A stretch of DNA of 61,013 nucleotides from IMG/VR virus record IMGVR_UViG_3300027734_000072, positions 1-61,013 of that record. One strand, given 5' to 3'. The translations under genes and the position numbers were made by a program. Source of the stretch: a virus (taxonomy: Duplodnaviria; Caudoviricetes). The notes under the pieces were generated by a model. That model was not told where the DNA came from, did not search any database, and was given only the letters and a program-made list of their open reading frames with translations. Of the stretch, positions 17,218-29,200 are shown one piece after another. Positions within the stretch are counted from its first letter, which is position 1. Each line of letters starts with the position of its first letter.

Positions 17218-19050
17218 ATGGCAGGCGCTAATACTAATGTCCAAATGACAGATTTGGACTTTAATTCGATCAAGAACAATCTAAAAACATTTTTACAGTC
17301 GCAAGATACACTAAAGGACTATAATTATGAAGGTTCTGCTTTATCCACATTATTGGATGTTCTCTCTTTCAATACTCAATACAATGCCTATTATTTAAAT
17401 ATGGTGGCCAATGAGATGTTTTTGGATTCTGCCATTCAAAGAGCATCGGTTGTTTCTCACGCAAAAACATTAGACTATACACCAAGATCATATACTGCAC
17501 CAACTGCAACAATTAATCTTAACATCAATTCTGTTACCGCAAATTCTTTGACACTACCTAAATTTACCAGTTTTATGTCGGAGTCAATTGATGGTGTAAA
17601 CTATAATTTTGTTACTACTGACCAAAAAACTGTAACTGTTGTAACTAATACAGCAACATATAATAATTTAGTTTTAAAACAAGGTATTCCAACAAGTTTA
17701 ACATTTCAGGTTAATCTAACAACAAACCCAGCCACAATGTTTGAAATACCAGAAGTTTTGGTGGATATTTCAACTCTTGATGTTGTGGTTCAAGAATCGT
17801 TTTCGAATACATCAACTACAACTTATACACAGGCAATCGATTATCTTTCTTTAGATGGCACTTCAACTGTATATTTTCTACAAGAAAACACCAAAGGTTC
17901 TTATGAGTTATATTTTGGTGACGGTGTGATTGGTAAAAAATTAACAGAAGGTAATATTGTAAGACTTTCTTATTTGATTACTCAAGGTAGTGCCGCAGCA
18001 GGTGCCAATAATTTTGTATTAATGGATCCAATTAGTGGTTATTCAAATCACACACTATTTCCAATTTCAGCGGCATCTCAAGGTTCAGACAGAGAATCTA
18101 TTGAATCAATTAAGTTTCAAGCACCAAAACATTATGCTGCACAAAAACGTGCAGTTACTAAAGAAGATTATATTACAATTATTCAAAGAAACAAATTTAA
18201 CATACCAGTACAATCAGTAAGTATTTGGGGTGGAGAAGAGAACGATCCACCAAAATATGGTGCTATCTATGCGGCTATTAAACCAACCGGTGATTACTAT
18301 CTAACAGATTATCAAAAACAAGTATTGATTGATGATGTTATTAAACCTATCTCCGTAATGACAGTAACACCAGAAATTATTGATCCTGATTATGTTTATT
18401 TGACATTAACTTCTGAAATTTTGTATGATGTTAAAAAGACCACGTTAACCGCAGCACAAATTGAGGCTGTAGTTAAACAAGGTGTTATTCAATTTACTAA
18501 TGCAAATTTAAATACATTTAACTCAACTTTTGTTATTGGAGATTTAATTGCATATATTAAAACATTAAATACTGCCATTGTTGGTGTTGACTTTGATGTA
18601 TTCTTACAAAAACGAATTATTCCAAGTTTAAATAAGAGTTTGGATTACACAATTAAGTTTTCAAATACTATTGAACAAACATTAGGTGCAAAACAAGTTC
18701 AAATTATTCCTTCTTTTTCACAATATGATTCTGATGGAACATTAATTGAAAATATTTACTTTGAAGAATCTTTAGATTTTCCAGGTACTTTAAAAACTTA
18801 CTACTATTTGAACGGAGTTAAGTATATATTACATAACTCAAATGAGAGTGATAATGCCGGAACAATTGATTATATTAACGGCACCATTACATTAAATAAT
18901 TTTGTACCAAACTCAATTAATGCTACTGATGGCGTTTTGAGAATTAATGCTACTGCGGCTAGTAGAATTGTTTCCACAGCATACAATAGAATTTTAACTT
19001 TGGATGAATTTGATCCCGTTGCAATTACTGTAAACGTCACATCAAAGTAA
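17218..19050 (+). CDS. gp6: Baseplate wedge subunit gp6
   Basis: LDF-IK-L, DYNYEGS, ANEMFLDSA, FGDGVIG, RAVT-DY, WGGE. Confidence 0.93.
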   Translation: MAGANTNVQMTDLDFNSIKNNLKTFLQSQDTLKDYNYEGSALSTLLDVLSFNTQYNAYYLNMVANEMFLDSAIQRASVVSHAKTLDYTPRSYTAPTATINLNINSVTANSLTLPKFTSFMSESIDGVNYNFVTTDQKTVTVVTNTATYNNLVLKQGIPTSLTFQVNLTTNPATMFEIPEVLVDISTLDVVVQESFSNTSTTTYTQAIDYLSLDGTSTVYFLQENTKGSYELYFGDGVIGKKLTEGNIVRLSYLITQGSAAAGANNFVLMDPISGYSNHTLFPISAASQGSDRESIESIKFQAPKHYAAQKRAVTKEDYITIIQRNKFNIPVQSVSIWGGEENDPPKYGAIYAAIKPTGDYYLTDYQKQVLIDDVIKPISVMTVTPEIIDPDYVYLTLTSEILYDVKKTTLTAAQIEAVVKQGVIQFTNANLNTFNSTFVIGDLIAYIKTLNTAIVGVDFDVFLQKRIIPSLNKSLDYTIKFSNTIEQTLGAKQVQIIPSFSQYDSDGTLIENIYFEESLDFPGTLKTYYYLNGVKYILHNSNESDNAGTIDYINGTITLNNFVPNSINATDGVLRINATAASRIVSTAYNRILTLDEFDPVAITVNVTSK

Positions 19051-19054
19051 TTAA

Positions 19055-21814
19055 ATGTCAGATAGAACAATAGCCCTAAACCCAATTGCATTACCGGAGA
19101 AGTCTTATACAAATAAGACCTCTATATTAATTCCTTCTCAGTTACCAGAATTTGTTCGTGATGATATCAATTATGAAACTTTTGTATCATTCCTTAAAGC
19201 TTATTATGAGTGGATGGAACAAGAGAATGGTGTAAACTTTAATGTTAAAGGCATTCCACAATTTACAGATATTGATACAAGTTTAGATGGTTTTGTAGAA
19301 CAATTTAAAAAACAATATCTTGCTTTCTTTCCTACTGGTTCGGCTGTAGATGAAAGAAAAATAATTAAAATGATTAGGCAGATGTATCAAACTAAAGGTA
19401 CGCCAGCCTCTTTTGAATTTCTATTTCGGGTATTATACAATTCAGATGTAAACCTATACAACACCAAAGATTTTATTTTCCGTGCTTCTGATGGTAAGTG
19501 GATTGCTACTAGGTCTTTAAAATTAGCCACTACCGACCAATTTTGGTTGAGAACAAAAAATTACAAATTATTTGGTGAAACATCTAAAGCTTATGCAACC
19601 ATTGAAAATATATTCATTGATGGTAATAATGTAAGATTGGTTTTATCCAGAATTCAAGGCAACTTTGCCGCTGGAGAAATTGTTAAAACCGTAGATGTAC
19701 ACGGTAGAGATTATAAAGTTGATGATGTTCTTCCTAGATCCCGTATCGTTGGTCTGTTGTCATCGGTAACTATTGATAAAATAAACCATGGTAGTGGATA
19801 TAGTGTTGGTGATCCTGTTGTTTTTTATGGTGGTTTGGACACCACCGTAGATAATCCGGTCGGCGCAGAAGCTTTTATTTCAAGTGTTACTAGTGCTTCT
19901 ATTAAAGGTGTCACCGCAGCATATCCTGGTCATGGATATAGAAAAGGTGCCTTTACAGAAATTAATTTAACTGGTGCTGGTGAAAATGCAAGGTCAATTG
20001 TAACCAAATTAAATGATGATGAGTATAACATTTTTTATGTGCCTAATGATACTATCGGACCTAAGGCAAATATTTTCTTAGGCAATACAGCATTTAGTTC
20101 TGGTGCCAATCCTGCTGGAAATAGCATATACTATTTTGCAAATTTAATTAATGCAAATGCTAATACAACATTGGCCGAAGCTCTATCTTTTCCAATTCTA
20201 AAAACTTACGGTATTGATTCTGTTGAAGTTGTAAGTGTGGGAACAGGTTATGATGGTTCTACTATTGCTAATGCAATTGCTTATTATACAAAAGATAGTG
20301 GCGAAAGAACACCATTGCCAAACTTAGGTATTTTACCTCCACCCGTTATTGTGTCTAGTGGTAGAAACTATAACGTAGGGGATACAATTGATTTTACTGG
20401 TGGTTCAGGTTATGGTGCTTGGGCTGTTGTAACAGCTGTTTCAAATCAAACCGCAGGAATTACTGAGGTAATTTATGTTTCTGATCCTAATGGCCAGAAA
20501 AAATATCCTTTGGGTGGTATGGGTTATCAAATCATGTTGCCTGACATAGTTATTAATAGTTCAACAGGTTCCGGTGCAGTGTTACAATTCCCTGGTTTAG
20601 TAGGTAATGATGCAGCTTTTAATGTTACAGGTTCACCTTACGGACAAATTTTAGAAATATCTTTAAGTAATCCTGGTGAAAATTATGTTTCTACACCGAA
20701 TGTTTCATTGCGTATTGAAGATATATTAGTAGCTTCTTCAAATGTTACTCCAATTAGAGGAGATAGATTATATCAAGGTACCTACAGTAATCCTACTTAT
20801 CAATCAACCATTGATGCAGCATTTGGTTACTCAGCAAACACAATTCAATTAAGAACCTATGAATACAATGGTGTAATGAATGCCAATACAACATTATCAT
20901 TGGTTAGAGGTTCGAATACAATTTCTACAAGTGTAACACTTAGAGATTTCACCAATGAAAAATATACTAATGGTAGAAAAATCTATGGTAATGGTATTGC
21001 TAAAGCCAAAGCATCATTCACAAATGGTATTACATTAGGTTCTGGTTTATATTCTAACGAAGATGGTCATCCTTCTGCTTACTCCGTATTTGAAAATGAA
21101 ATATATAACGAATACACATATTTGTTACAAGTAGAAGAAGCATTATCTAAATATAAATCTTCTGTGTTTGGATTTTTACATCCATTAGGTTTAAATTATA
21201 ATACCTACAATATTCTCAAAAATGAAGAATCTTTTAATTATTCTATGCAAACAGAGAGTCTTAACCTTTACGCATTAAAAGATTTAATTGACACAACAAA
21301 TTATTTGGCAACTATTTCTAATAATACAGTTAGTTTCACAAACATTGGTAGTACGGATCTTACTGGTGTAGTTTCAGCAGATTCTTACATTACAATTTCT
21401 ACAAAGAATGGTGATCCGTTTACTTCTAAAATTATATCGGTATCTCAAAACACAATTACGATGGACGATAGTTGTACAACCACAGTACCTAATGTTGCTA
21501 ATGCTACAGTAACCGCTGGATCAGACATCATAAATATCAGTAGATTGACAAAAGCATGGAATATTGCAACAGGTAATGGTGCCACATATTTTAGTGATTT
21601 TATGCACACATATGATTTTGTTTCTTTTGATGGTACAAATTACAAATTAATAACTCATGTGGACCAACCAGTAACAGTTAATGGTACTCTTTTCCCTCCA
21701 GCAACTATAAGAGTTAATAGTGTGTATAGTACAGCACAATCTGGATACCTAAGTTTTAGACAGAATACCAATTCAAGTAATGTTTGGATAAGTTCAATTA
21801 ACCTTGTAAATTAA
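19055..21814 (+). CDS. gp7: Baseplate wedge initiator gp7-like
   Basis: QLPEFV, FLKAYYEWME, KGT-S-FLFR-LY, and HP-G motif; synteny 6-7-8. Confidence 0.75.
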   Translation: MSDRTIALNPIALPEKSYTNKTSILIPSQLPEFVRDDINYETFVSFLKAYYEWMEQENGVNFNVKGIPQFTDIDTSLDGFVEQFKKQYLAFFPTGSAVDERKIIKMIRQMYQTKGTPASFEFLFRVLYNSDVNLYNTKDFIFRASDGKWIATRSLKLATTDQFWLRTKNYKLFGETSKAYATIENIFIDGNNVRLVLSRIQGNFAAGEIVKTVDVHGRDYKVDDVLPRSRIVGLLSSVTIDKINHGSGYSVGDPVVFYGGLDTTVDNPVGAEAFISSVTSASIKGVTAAYPGHGYRKGAFTEINLTGAGENARSIVTKLNDDEYNIFYVPNDTIGPKANIFLGNTAFSSGANPAGNSIYYFANLINANANTTLAEALSFPILKTYGIDSVEVVSVGTGYDGSTIANAIAYYTKDSGERTPLPNLGILPPPVIVSSGRNYNVGDTIDFTGGSGYGAWAVVTAVSNQTAGITEVIYVSDPNGQKKYPLGGMGYQIMLPDIVINSSTGSGAVLQFPGLVGNDAAFNVTGSPYGQILEISLSNPGENYVSTPNVSLRIEDILVASSNVTPIRGDRLYQGTYSNPTYQSTIDAAFGYSANTIQLRTYEYNGVMNANTTLSLVRGSNTISTSVTLRDFTNEKYTNGRKIYGNGIAKAKASFTNGITLGSGLYSNEDGHPSAYSVFENEIYNEYTYLLQVEEALSKYKSSVFGFLHPLGLNYNTYNILKNEESFNYSMQTESLNLYALKDLIDTTNYLATISNNTVSFTNIGSTDLTGVVSADSYITISTKNGDPFTSKIISVSQNTITMDDSCTTTVPNVANATVTAGSDIINISRLTKAWNIATGNGATYFSDFMHTYDFVSFDGTNYKLITHVDQPVTVNGTLFPPATIRVNSVYSTAQSGYLSFRQNTNSSNVWISSINLVN

Positions 21815-21822
21815 AATAAATA
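21815..21822 (+). promoter_or_regulatory. Late promoter AATAAATA before gp8 (others inside genes: CATAAATA 21529, GATAAATA 23008, GATAAATA 30326)
   Basis: xATAAATA motif near gene starts. Confidence 0.5.
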
Positions 21823-21829
21823 AGACACT

Positions 21830-23203
21830 ATGACAAATATCGTTAAAGGACTATTGACCAACTACGGTTCAACCTCTCAGGTTGAATTGAGTTATTATTT
21901 TGTTGTTTCTGGTAATGGTTATGTTCCAAAACATGAGACCAGTTCATATTTCTTTATTGGAAGAGTACAGCCTTGGGATGACGAAAACAATCCACAAACT
22001 CCTTCACAATCACAGATTGCTGTCAAAACAACATTCAAGAACATGATTGCAGCAAAATTGTTGACCTCGTCCAATATGTCACCGGTTGTACGAAGAATTG
22101 ATTGGGAATCTGGAACAGTATATGATGAATACAAAGATACTGTAGATATGTTTGCCAGAGATGCCCTTGGTAATTTAACTCATACTTTCTATGTTCGAAA
22201 TCGTTTTGATCAAATTTTTAAATGTTTGTATAATAAAGGTGGTTTGGCATCAACGGTAGAACCAATTCTACAAGCAGGTACAACAGAACCGTCACAAACA
22301 TTATATTTGGCCGATGGATATAAATGGATATATGTCACTACAATCAATAAAGGCTTAAAGAAAAACTTCTTTGATAATGATTGGATGCCTATTACTATTG
22401 GTTATGGTGCTCCTGATGCTGTTAGTGTGGCTGGTTTAGGTGCAATTAACGCCATTAATGTTACAAATTCTGGCGATCTAAACTATACAGACGGTATTAA
22501 TACAACCATAGTAACTATTACTGGAGATGGTGAAGGTTGTTCTGCCTATGCCAATGTTTCCAATAGTTTTGTTAGTGATATTATTGTAACAAACTCAGGA
22601 AATAATTATACTTTTGCTACAGTAACCATTGAACCTAATACCGGTTATGCTGGTGATAACGCTGCAGCGGTTGCCGTAATCTCTCCTGTGGGCGGCCACG
22701 GTGCTGATCCAGTTTCAGAGTTGGGTTGTAATCGTGTTATGTTTAGTGTTGAATTGGATGGATCCGAAGGCGGTATTATCCCAACCGACATTAGTTTTAG
22801 ACAACTAGGTATTGTTGTTAATCCAGAACTAGTTGACGGAACCACACCAACAGGCACGGTGTATAACACCACAGACTTGGCTTATGTTTCATATGGTTCG
22901 GATCTATATACAATTGGTGAAAGAGTTTATCAAGGCGATAGCCTATTGGATTCAACTTTTTCAGCTGAAGTTTGTTCATTTGATTCCGTAAACAATATTA
23001 TTTACTTGATAAATATAGTAGGTACATACACTATAGGTCAACCAGTTTATGCTGTGAGTTCTGGTACCACAAGAATTTTATTGAATTACACCAAAACAGA
23101 TTTCTCGGTAGGTTCAGGTTATATGATGTATTATGAGAATAGAACGTCAATCCAAAGATCAGCAGACGGCAACGAACAACTAAGATTACTATTAAGTTTT
23201 TAA
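21830..23203 (+). CDS. gp8: Baseplate wedge subunit gp8
   Basis: FIGR-PW, RIDW-SGTVYD, KCLYN, DGYKW-Y, P-GGHG-D-ELG, Y-ENR-I-R. Confidence 0.88.
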   Translation: MTNIVKGLLTNYGSTSQVELSYYFVVSGNGYVPKHETSSYFFIGRVQPWDDENNPQTPSQSQIAVKTTFKNMIAAKLLTSSNMSPVVRRIDWESGTVYDEYKDTVDMFARDALGNLTHTFYVRNRFDQIFKCLYNKGGLASTVEPILQAGTTEPSQTLYLADGYKWIYVTTINKGLKKNFFDNDWMPITIGYGAPDAVSVAGLGAINAINVTNSGDLNYTDGINTTIVTITGDGEGCSAYANVSNSFVSDIIVTNSGNNYTFATVTIEPNTGYAGDNAAAVAVISPVGGHGADPVSELGCNRVMFSVELDGSEGGIIPTDISFRQLGIVVNPELVDGTTPTGTVYNTTDLAYVSYGSDLYTIGERVYQGDSLLDSTFSAEVCSFDSVNNIIYLINIVGTYTIGQPVYAVSSGTTRILLNYTKTDFSVGSGYMMYYENRTSIQRSADGNEQLRLLLSF

Positions 23204-23212
23204 GGCAAATAG

Positions 23213-26200
23213 ATGAAAAATTACAATGTAACTCCATATTTTGACGATTTTGATCCGAACAAGAATTACCACAGAGTTCTGTTCAAACCAGGTCAGGCCG
23301 TTCAAGCTCGTGAGTTAACACAATCACAGACTATTTTACAAAATCAAATATCTGAGTTTGCTTCTTCAATTTTTTCTCAAAATACTCCAATTTCTGGCGG
23401 TAGAATTACCACCAATTTATCATGTGAACACATCAAACTCAATTTGTTTTATGAAAATTCAGCAATTTTGGTTACAGATTTTGAAGATAAAACAATTACA
23501 GATTCTACTGGTACTATTACAGCTAGAGTTATTGCTGTTGCAACAGAAACAGGAAATTCTATAACTGCTGGTGATCCACCCACATTGATTGTTTCGTATA
23601 TTTCAGGTAAAAAATTCTCTGATGCCACGACAATTTACATAAAAGAGGGATTTGCTACTATCCCTAAAGCCACATCAATTGGTATTTCTGGTGGTACAAC
23701 ATCTATTGGTAAGTCAGCTGTTGCTTCTATTTCTGAAGGTGTATTCTATGTTTTGAATGGCAACAATGATGTGCCTAGTGCCACCGCCGGAGTTTCAGCA
23801 ACACAATATTCTATTGGTAATTTTGTAAAAGTTTTACCGCAAACTATTATTATAGAAAAATATGACAACACACCAACTGGCCGTGTTGGTCTTAATATTG
23901 TAGAAACTACAGTAACCAGTTCTGATGATTTATCTTTATTGGATCCAGCAACCACATCTTCAAACTATCAAGCTCCAGGTGCAGACCGTTATAAAATTGC
24001 ATTAGAATTAGTAAGTATATCATTAGCGCCAGGAAATGATGATAACTTTATTGAATTGACAAGAATTGAAGATGGTACTATTTTAAAACAAACTGACAAT
24101 ACCGTTTATTCATCTATTAATGATTATTTTGCTAAGCGTGATTATGAATCCAACGGTGATTACATTGTTGAAGATTTTAAACTAATAGCGTCAGCCAATA
24201 CTGCTAGTCCAGATACTTACAACTTAACTATAGGCAAAGGTATTGCTTATGTTCGTGGTTACAGAATTGAAAATACTGGTCCATTAAAATTAATCACAAA
24301 TCGTGCAAGAACAACCGATACGATTCCAAACAACTCTGTATATGTGGATTATGGCAACTATTTTGCTGTAAGTAAATTGGAAAGTATGTTTGACACCACA
24401 ACAATGCCGGCAATTGATTTGCATTGTGTCCCATCTGAAACTGTTGACCGAACTACAGCTCTCAAATACAATTCAACAAGAATTGGTACAGCTTACATTA
24501 GACAGTTGGATTACCAAAACAACACAAATCCAGCAAATACACAAACACAAGTGTTCAATGCTCATGTATTTGATGTTAATGTATTGACATTTACTGGTAA
24601 TACAACAAGTGCTACATCAACCACATTAACCATCAACGATGCTGGTGGAGTTTTTGCCAGAGCAAATACTGCTTATGTCGGTTCTAAGTTAATTATTACT
24701 GGTGGTACAAATATTGCAGATGTTAAGACAATTTCGGCCTATGACGGAGTGGCTAAAAAATTAACTGTTTCTAGTCCGTTTAACATCACACCAGATAATA
24801 CAACTAAATTTGCCATCGACTTTGATATCTCTGATATTGATTGTTTATATCAAATTTCGGGTTCCGTTCCTTACACCAAAGAAGCTGCGGCCAATATTGA
24901 TAATTCAGGTAGAGTTAATGGTGCTGGTAGTGCTGCACTTTTACAGAGTGCAGGAAATTCTGAGTTATTATTTAAAAATGGATACAAATATTCTGCTTCT
25001 GTAAATAATTCAAATTATTTCAGCACTCAAATTTTTAGAAATGTTGGTTTTTCAGCTGTAACGAATAGCTTTACAATTACTTCTCTAGATCCAATTCAAT
25101 TTGAAGGACCATTAAACACACCAATTACTGGCGAATCATTTAGACAATTGTTTACATTGGTTAACCGTGCTAATGGTGCAATCTTAAATTTTACTGATGC
25201 CACAGTAGGTTATGCAACAAAAACATCACCAACAACAGTAACATTCACTTCATCAACATTCTCCAGTATTACTTATGGTATTGATGTTGTTGCTTCAATG
25301 AGTGTATCTAATGGTAACAATACAAACTTAGTTTTAAAAGACAAGAATTTAGTTGTTGGTAATACAGCATATATTGGTGCACTAACAACGGTTACTGGAA
25401 ATACTAAAATTGATTTGGCTTTTGGCCAAACTTTTATTCCAAATGCTGCAATCACTTCTTCAGATATTAGTCTGTATGTTTCTGATGTTAAAAAAGTTAC
25501 TCAAATTTTAGAGATTACTTCCAATGCACCAACAGGTGCTTTAGGTTCTTATAATGATATAATTAATTCTTTTGCTATCAATGATGGACAAACAGATAAT
25601 TACTATAATCATGCGTCAATTAAATTATTACCTGGTATTCCAAAACCTAAAGGTAACTTATTAGTAATTTATGATTTCTATTCACATTCTGGTGGTGATG
25701 GTTACTTTAGCGTTAATTCTTATTTGAATTCAACTAAACCTGAAGTTTATCCTGAGATTCCAACATACACAGCCAAGAGTGGTGTAAAGTATGAATTGAG
25801 AGATGTTATTGATTTTAGACCTTCTCGTAGAAGTGGTGTGGCAACATTTGAATGGGAATATAAAACACTTACAAATTCCAATAATGTAAATATTAAAGGT
25901 ACATTAATACCTAAAGTATTGTCAAGTGTCGTATCTGATTATTCATACTATCTGGCCAGAAAAGATAAATTGGCTCTTACCAAAGATGGCAAGTTCTTAA
26001 TCGTTGAGGGTACTCCTGCTCTAAATCCACTATACCCAACGGAGCCAGATGGTTCAATCATTTTGGCAAATCTGTCATTGGATCCATATACATCATATGT
26101 TCCAGGTGAAGGTCCAGCTAAATCACGCAGTGTTCCAACCAATCTATCAATTAACAAAGTTTATCATAAGCGTTGGGCTAAATCTGATATTACAGATTTA

Positions 26201-29200
26201 CAAAAACAAGTTGATAATTTGGAATATTACACAACACTAAACTTGTTAGAACAAAAAGCATCTTCACAACAAGTACCTGATGCAAACGGTTTAAATCGTT
26301 TTAAGAATGGTATTTTGGTTGATGATTTTAGTTCTTTTAGCGTTGCAGATACTAACGCACCAAACTACGCCGCAAATATTAGTATTAGAAAAGGTCAATT
26401 GAGTGCATTGAATGACATTTCAAATTTTCAATTACAAAATCCTAATGCAATGAAATCTCTTGGTACTGTTAGAAATACCAATACCTACTCAACATGGAGT
26501 TTAGCAGGTGCAAGAACAAACATCTTTACATTACCATATACAATCAAGCCATTAATTAAACAACAATTAGCAAGTAATATTATTAGTGTAAATCCATTTA
26601 ATATTGCTACTTATGAAGGTGTTGCAACTCTTAATCCACCGATTGACAATTGGGTTAATACGGTCAAACCACCATCAATTACAATTAATGATCCAAAGAT
26701 GCAGTTTGATCAACAGAATAATGGTATTAATATATTGAATGGTGGAGATTTCCAATCTATTCCAGGAACCACAACAACATATAGTGACACACAGGCACAG
26801 CAATCAACTGCTTATGCAAGTCAAACTCAAGGTTTGTTGTCTGGCGAGAAATCTAGTGCCGCTGCTTCTGGTATGGCTGCTGATAATGGTTATGTTAATA
26901 ACACAGCAGTATCACCATTTATTCGACCACAAGAGATTATTGTTCGTGCAAAAGGCATGACAGTTAATACTCCAATTAGTTGTTATTTTGATGGTGTCAA
27001 TGTTAACAAATACATGACAATTCCAAATACCATTGAAGTAATTAATGTTACTGGTAAATTTAAACAAGATGATATTATTGGTTTCTATGCAACTAACATT
27101 GGTATTTTTTATCCAATTGCTCGTGTAGTTTCTGTTTACAAATATCCAAATACATCTAACTATCGTTTGTATGTTTCAGAAACAACAAACCCACCAAATG
27201 CGGTGGCCACAACACGTTTAATTAATGCAACTTTTGATATTAATGGAAATTACGTTTCATCAAGTGCTACAGGTACAGTAGTATTTAAGAACGGATCATT
27301 AACATCTATTCATATGTCTGGTGATGTTTCTGGTGTGGGTGGAGGATTTACAACAGCAAGCGAACCAACACCACAAAATATTTTCAAATCTCCATACATT
27401 AATGGATTCTCCGCCTATGCAAACAAGTATACTGCTTGGGGAGATCAGAATAATGGCTCAACATATAATGCGGCATTTAATTGGGCGGCTCCTGCCACCG
27501 GAACATATACTATATCTGCATGGTGTACTGGATACGCAAGTGTTTCATTAGGTTCTGGTATAGGTATAATTACTTTATCTTATTATGGTCAAACAGGTAC
27601 CACCACAGTATCATTAACCAAAGGACAAACATATTATCCACAATGGAATGCTGTTAACCAAGGTAGTATTTCTGGTATTGGTGTTGTAATTACAGATGCG
27701 GCCGGTACAATTGTTTGGAATAACTTAACACCAAACGGATTAAACTTTAATGCTGTTGGTACGGAATATGCAATGCCGGGCGGTGGTTCATATTATATTG
27801 GAACAACAAAAGTAAAACTAAGTCAAGCTGCTTCACAGACAAATGAGTTCTATACTGGTTCCACTATTGCAATTAGATCATCATATGTTTATGAATACAA
27901 ATATGGTGCAACATATGTTCCGCCTTATCCTTATGCCGGTGGTGATGGAGATTGGGTTCATTATGGTTGGTGGCAAGAGTTAGCTGCTCAATGGAATGCC
28001 GCATATAATACTGCTGTAGCATATCGAAACTCAACAATCAAATTCTTAGCAATTGATGAGTTTGAAGCAGACATTATTGCTTATGATGGTGCAACACGAA
28101 CAGCAACTTTGGATCCAAAAGATCAAAAAATAAGTATTTCTTTAGGTACAAATTCACAATATGGTACATTGAATTCCAAGTACACAATTAAAGGTACTAT
28201 TGGAAGTATTGCTGATGCGATTCAAGATGGTACTTCACCACCAACTTTGTCGACAGATGAACGTGGCCAATTTGTTGCTCTTTTCAATTGTCCTGGTTCC
28301 GTATTCAACTCCGGTTCGAAATTATTCCGTATTGATAACCGATCAGTTCCAGAAGAACCAGCCACAGCAACAACATGGGCTCAAGCAATATTTTTGGCCG
28401 GCGGTTTACAAGGAACCAATATTACAAACTTCTCACCATCGATTGATTCGTCTGCTGGTAAGATTACTCCTATAGCACAACAAGTCTATAGTGTACAGAA
28501 CATAAGTGGTTCTCAAGATCCTGTTGCACAATCTATTATTGTATCTAAAGATAATTATCCAAATGGAGTATTTTTAAGTTCAATTAAATTGTTCTTTGCT
28601 CCATTTGCAACAACACCTGATGTTCCGGTAACAGTTTCAATTGCTAACACATTGAACGGCGTTCCAAATGGAGCAATATTGGATTATTCAACAGTATCAT
28701 TAGATGCTGATGAAGTTAATACATCAGCCTCGCCACATTATTTGGATCCAAAAACTTATACAGAATTTACATTTAGTGCTCCTGTTTATTTACAACCAGG
28801 CGTTTTATATGCAGTTCTAGTTAAGGCCGCATCTTCTGATTATAAGTTGTATTATGGTCAGCAAAATCAAGTTGCTATTCCATCTACAGGAAAAGCACTA
28901 CCAACCGATGCAAATCCTACAAACCCAACTAAAATTGGTGCAGCACCTTATATCGGCGCATTGTTCGAATCTCAAAACTCCATCACATGGACAGCAGATC
29001 AAACTAAACAAATGATGTTTGTAATTAATAATTATGAATTTGATATTACACAATCACCTACTTTGCCGTTTGTTGTACCTAAAGGTTTACCATTAAGGAA
29101 ACTAGGTTCAAATGAACTCATGAACAGAATAGATGCAAATGCTGTAAATACTTTAGTTGGTGGCGGTGGTGCACAAACAGGTCCAATGCACGCTTTCAAC

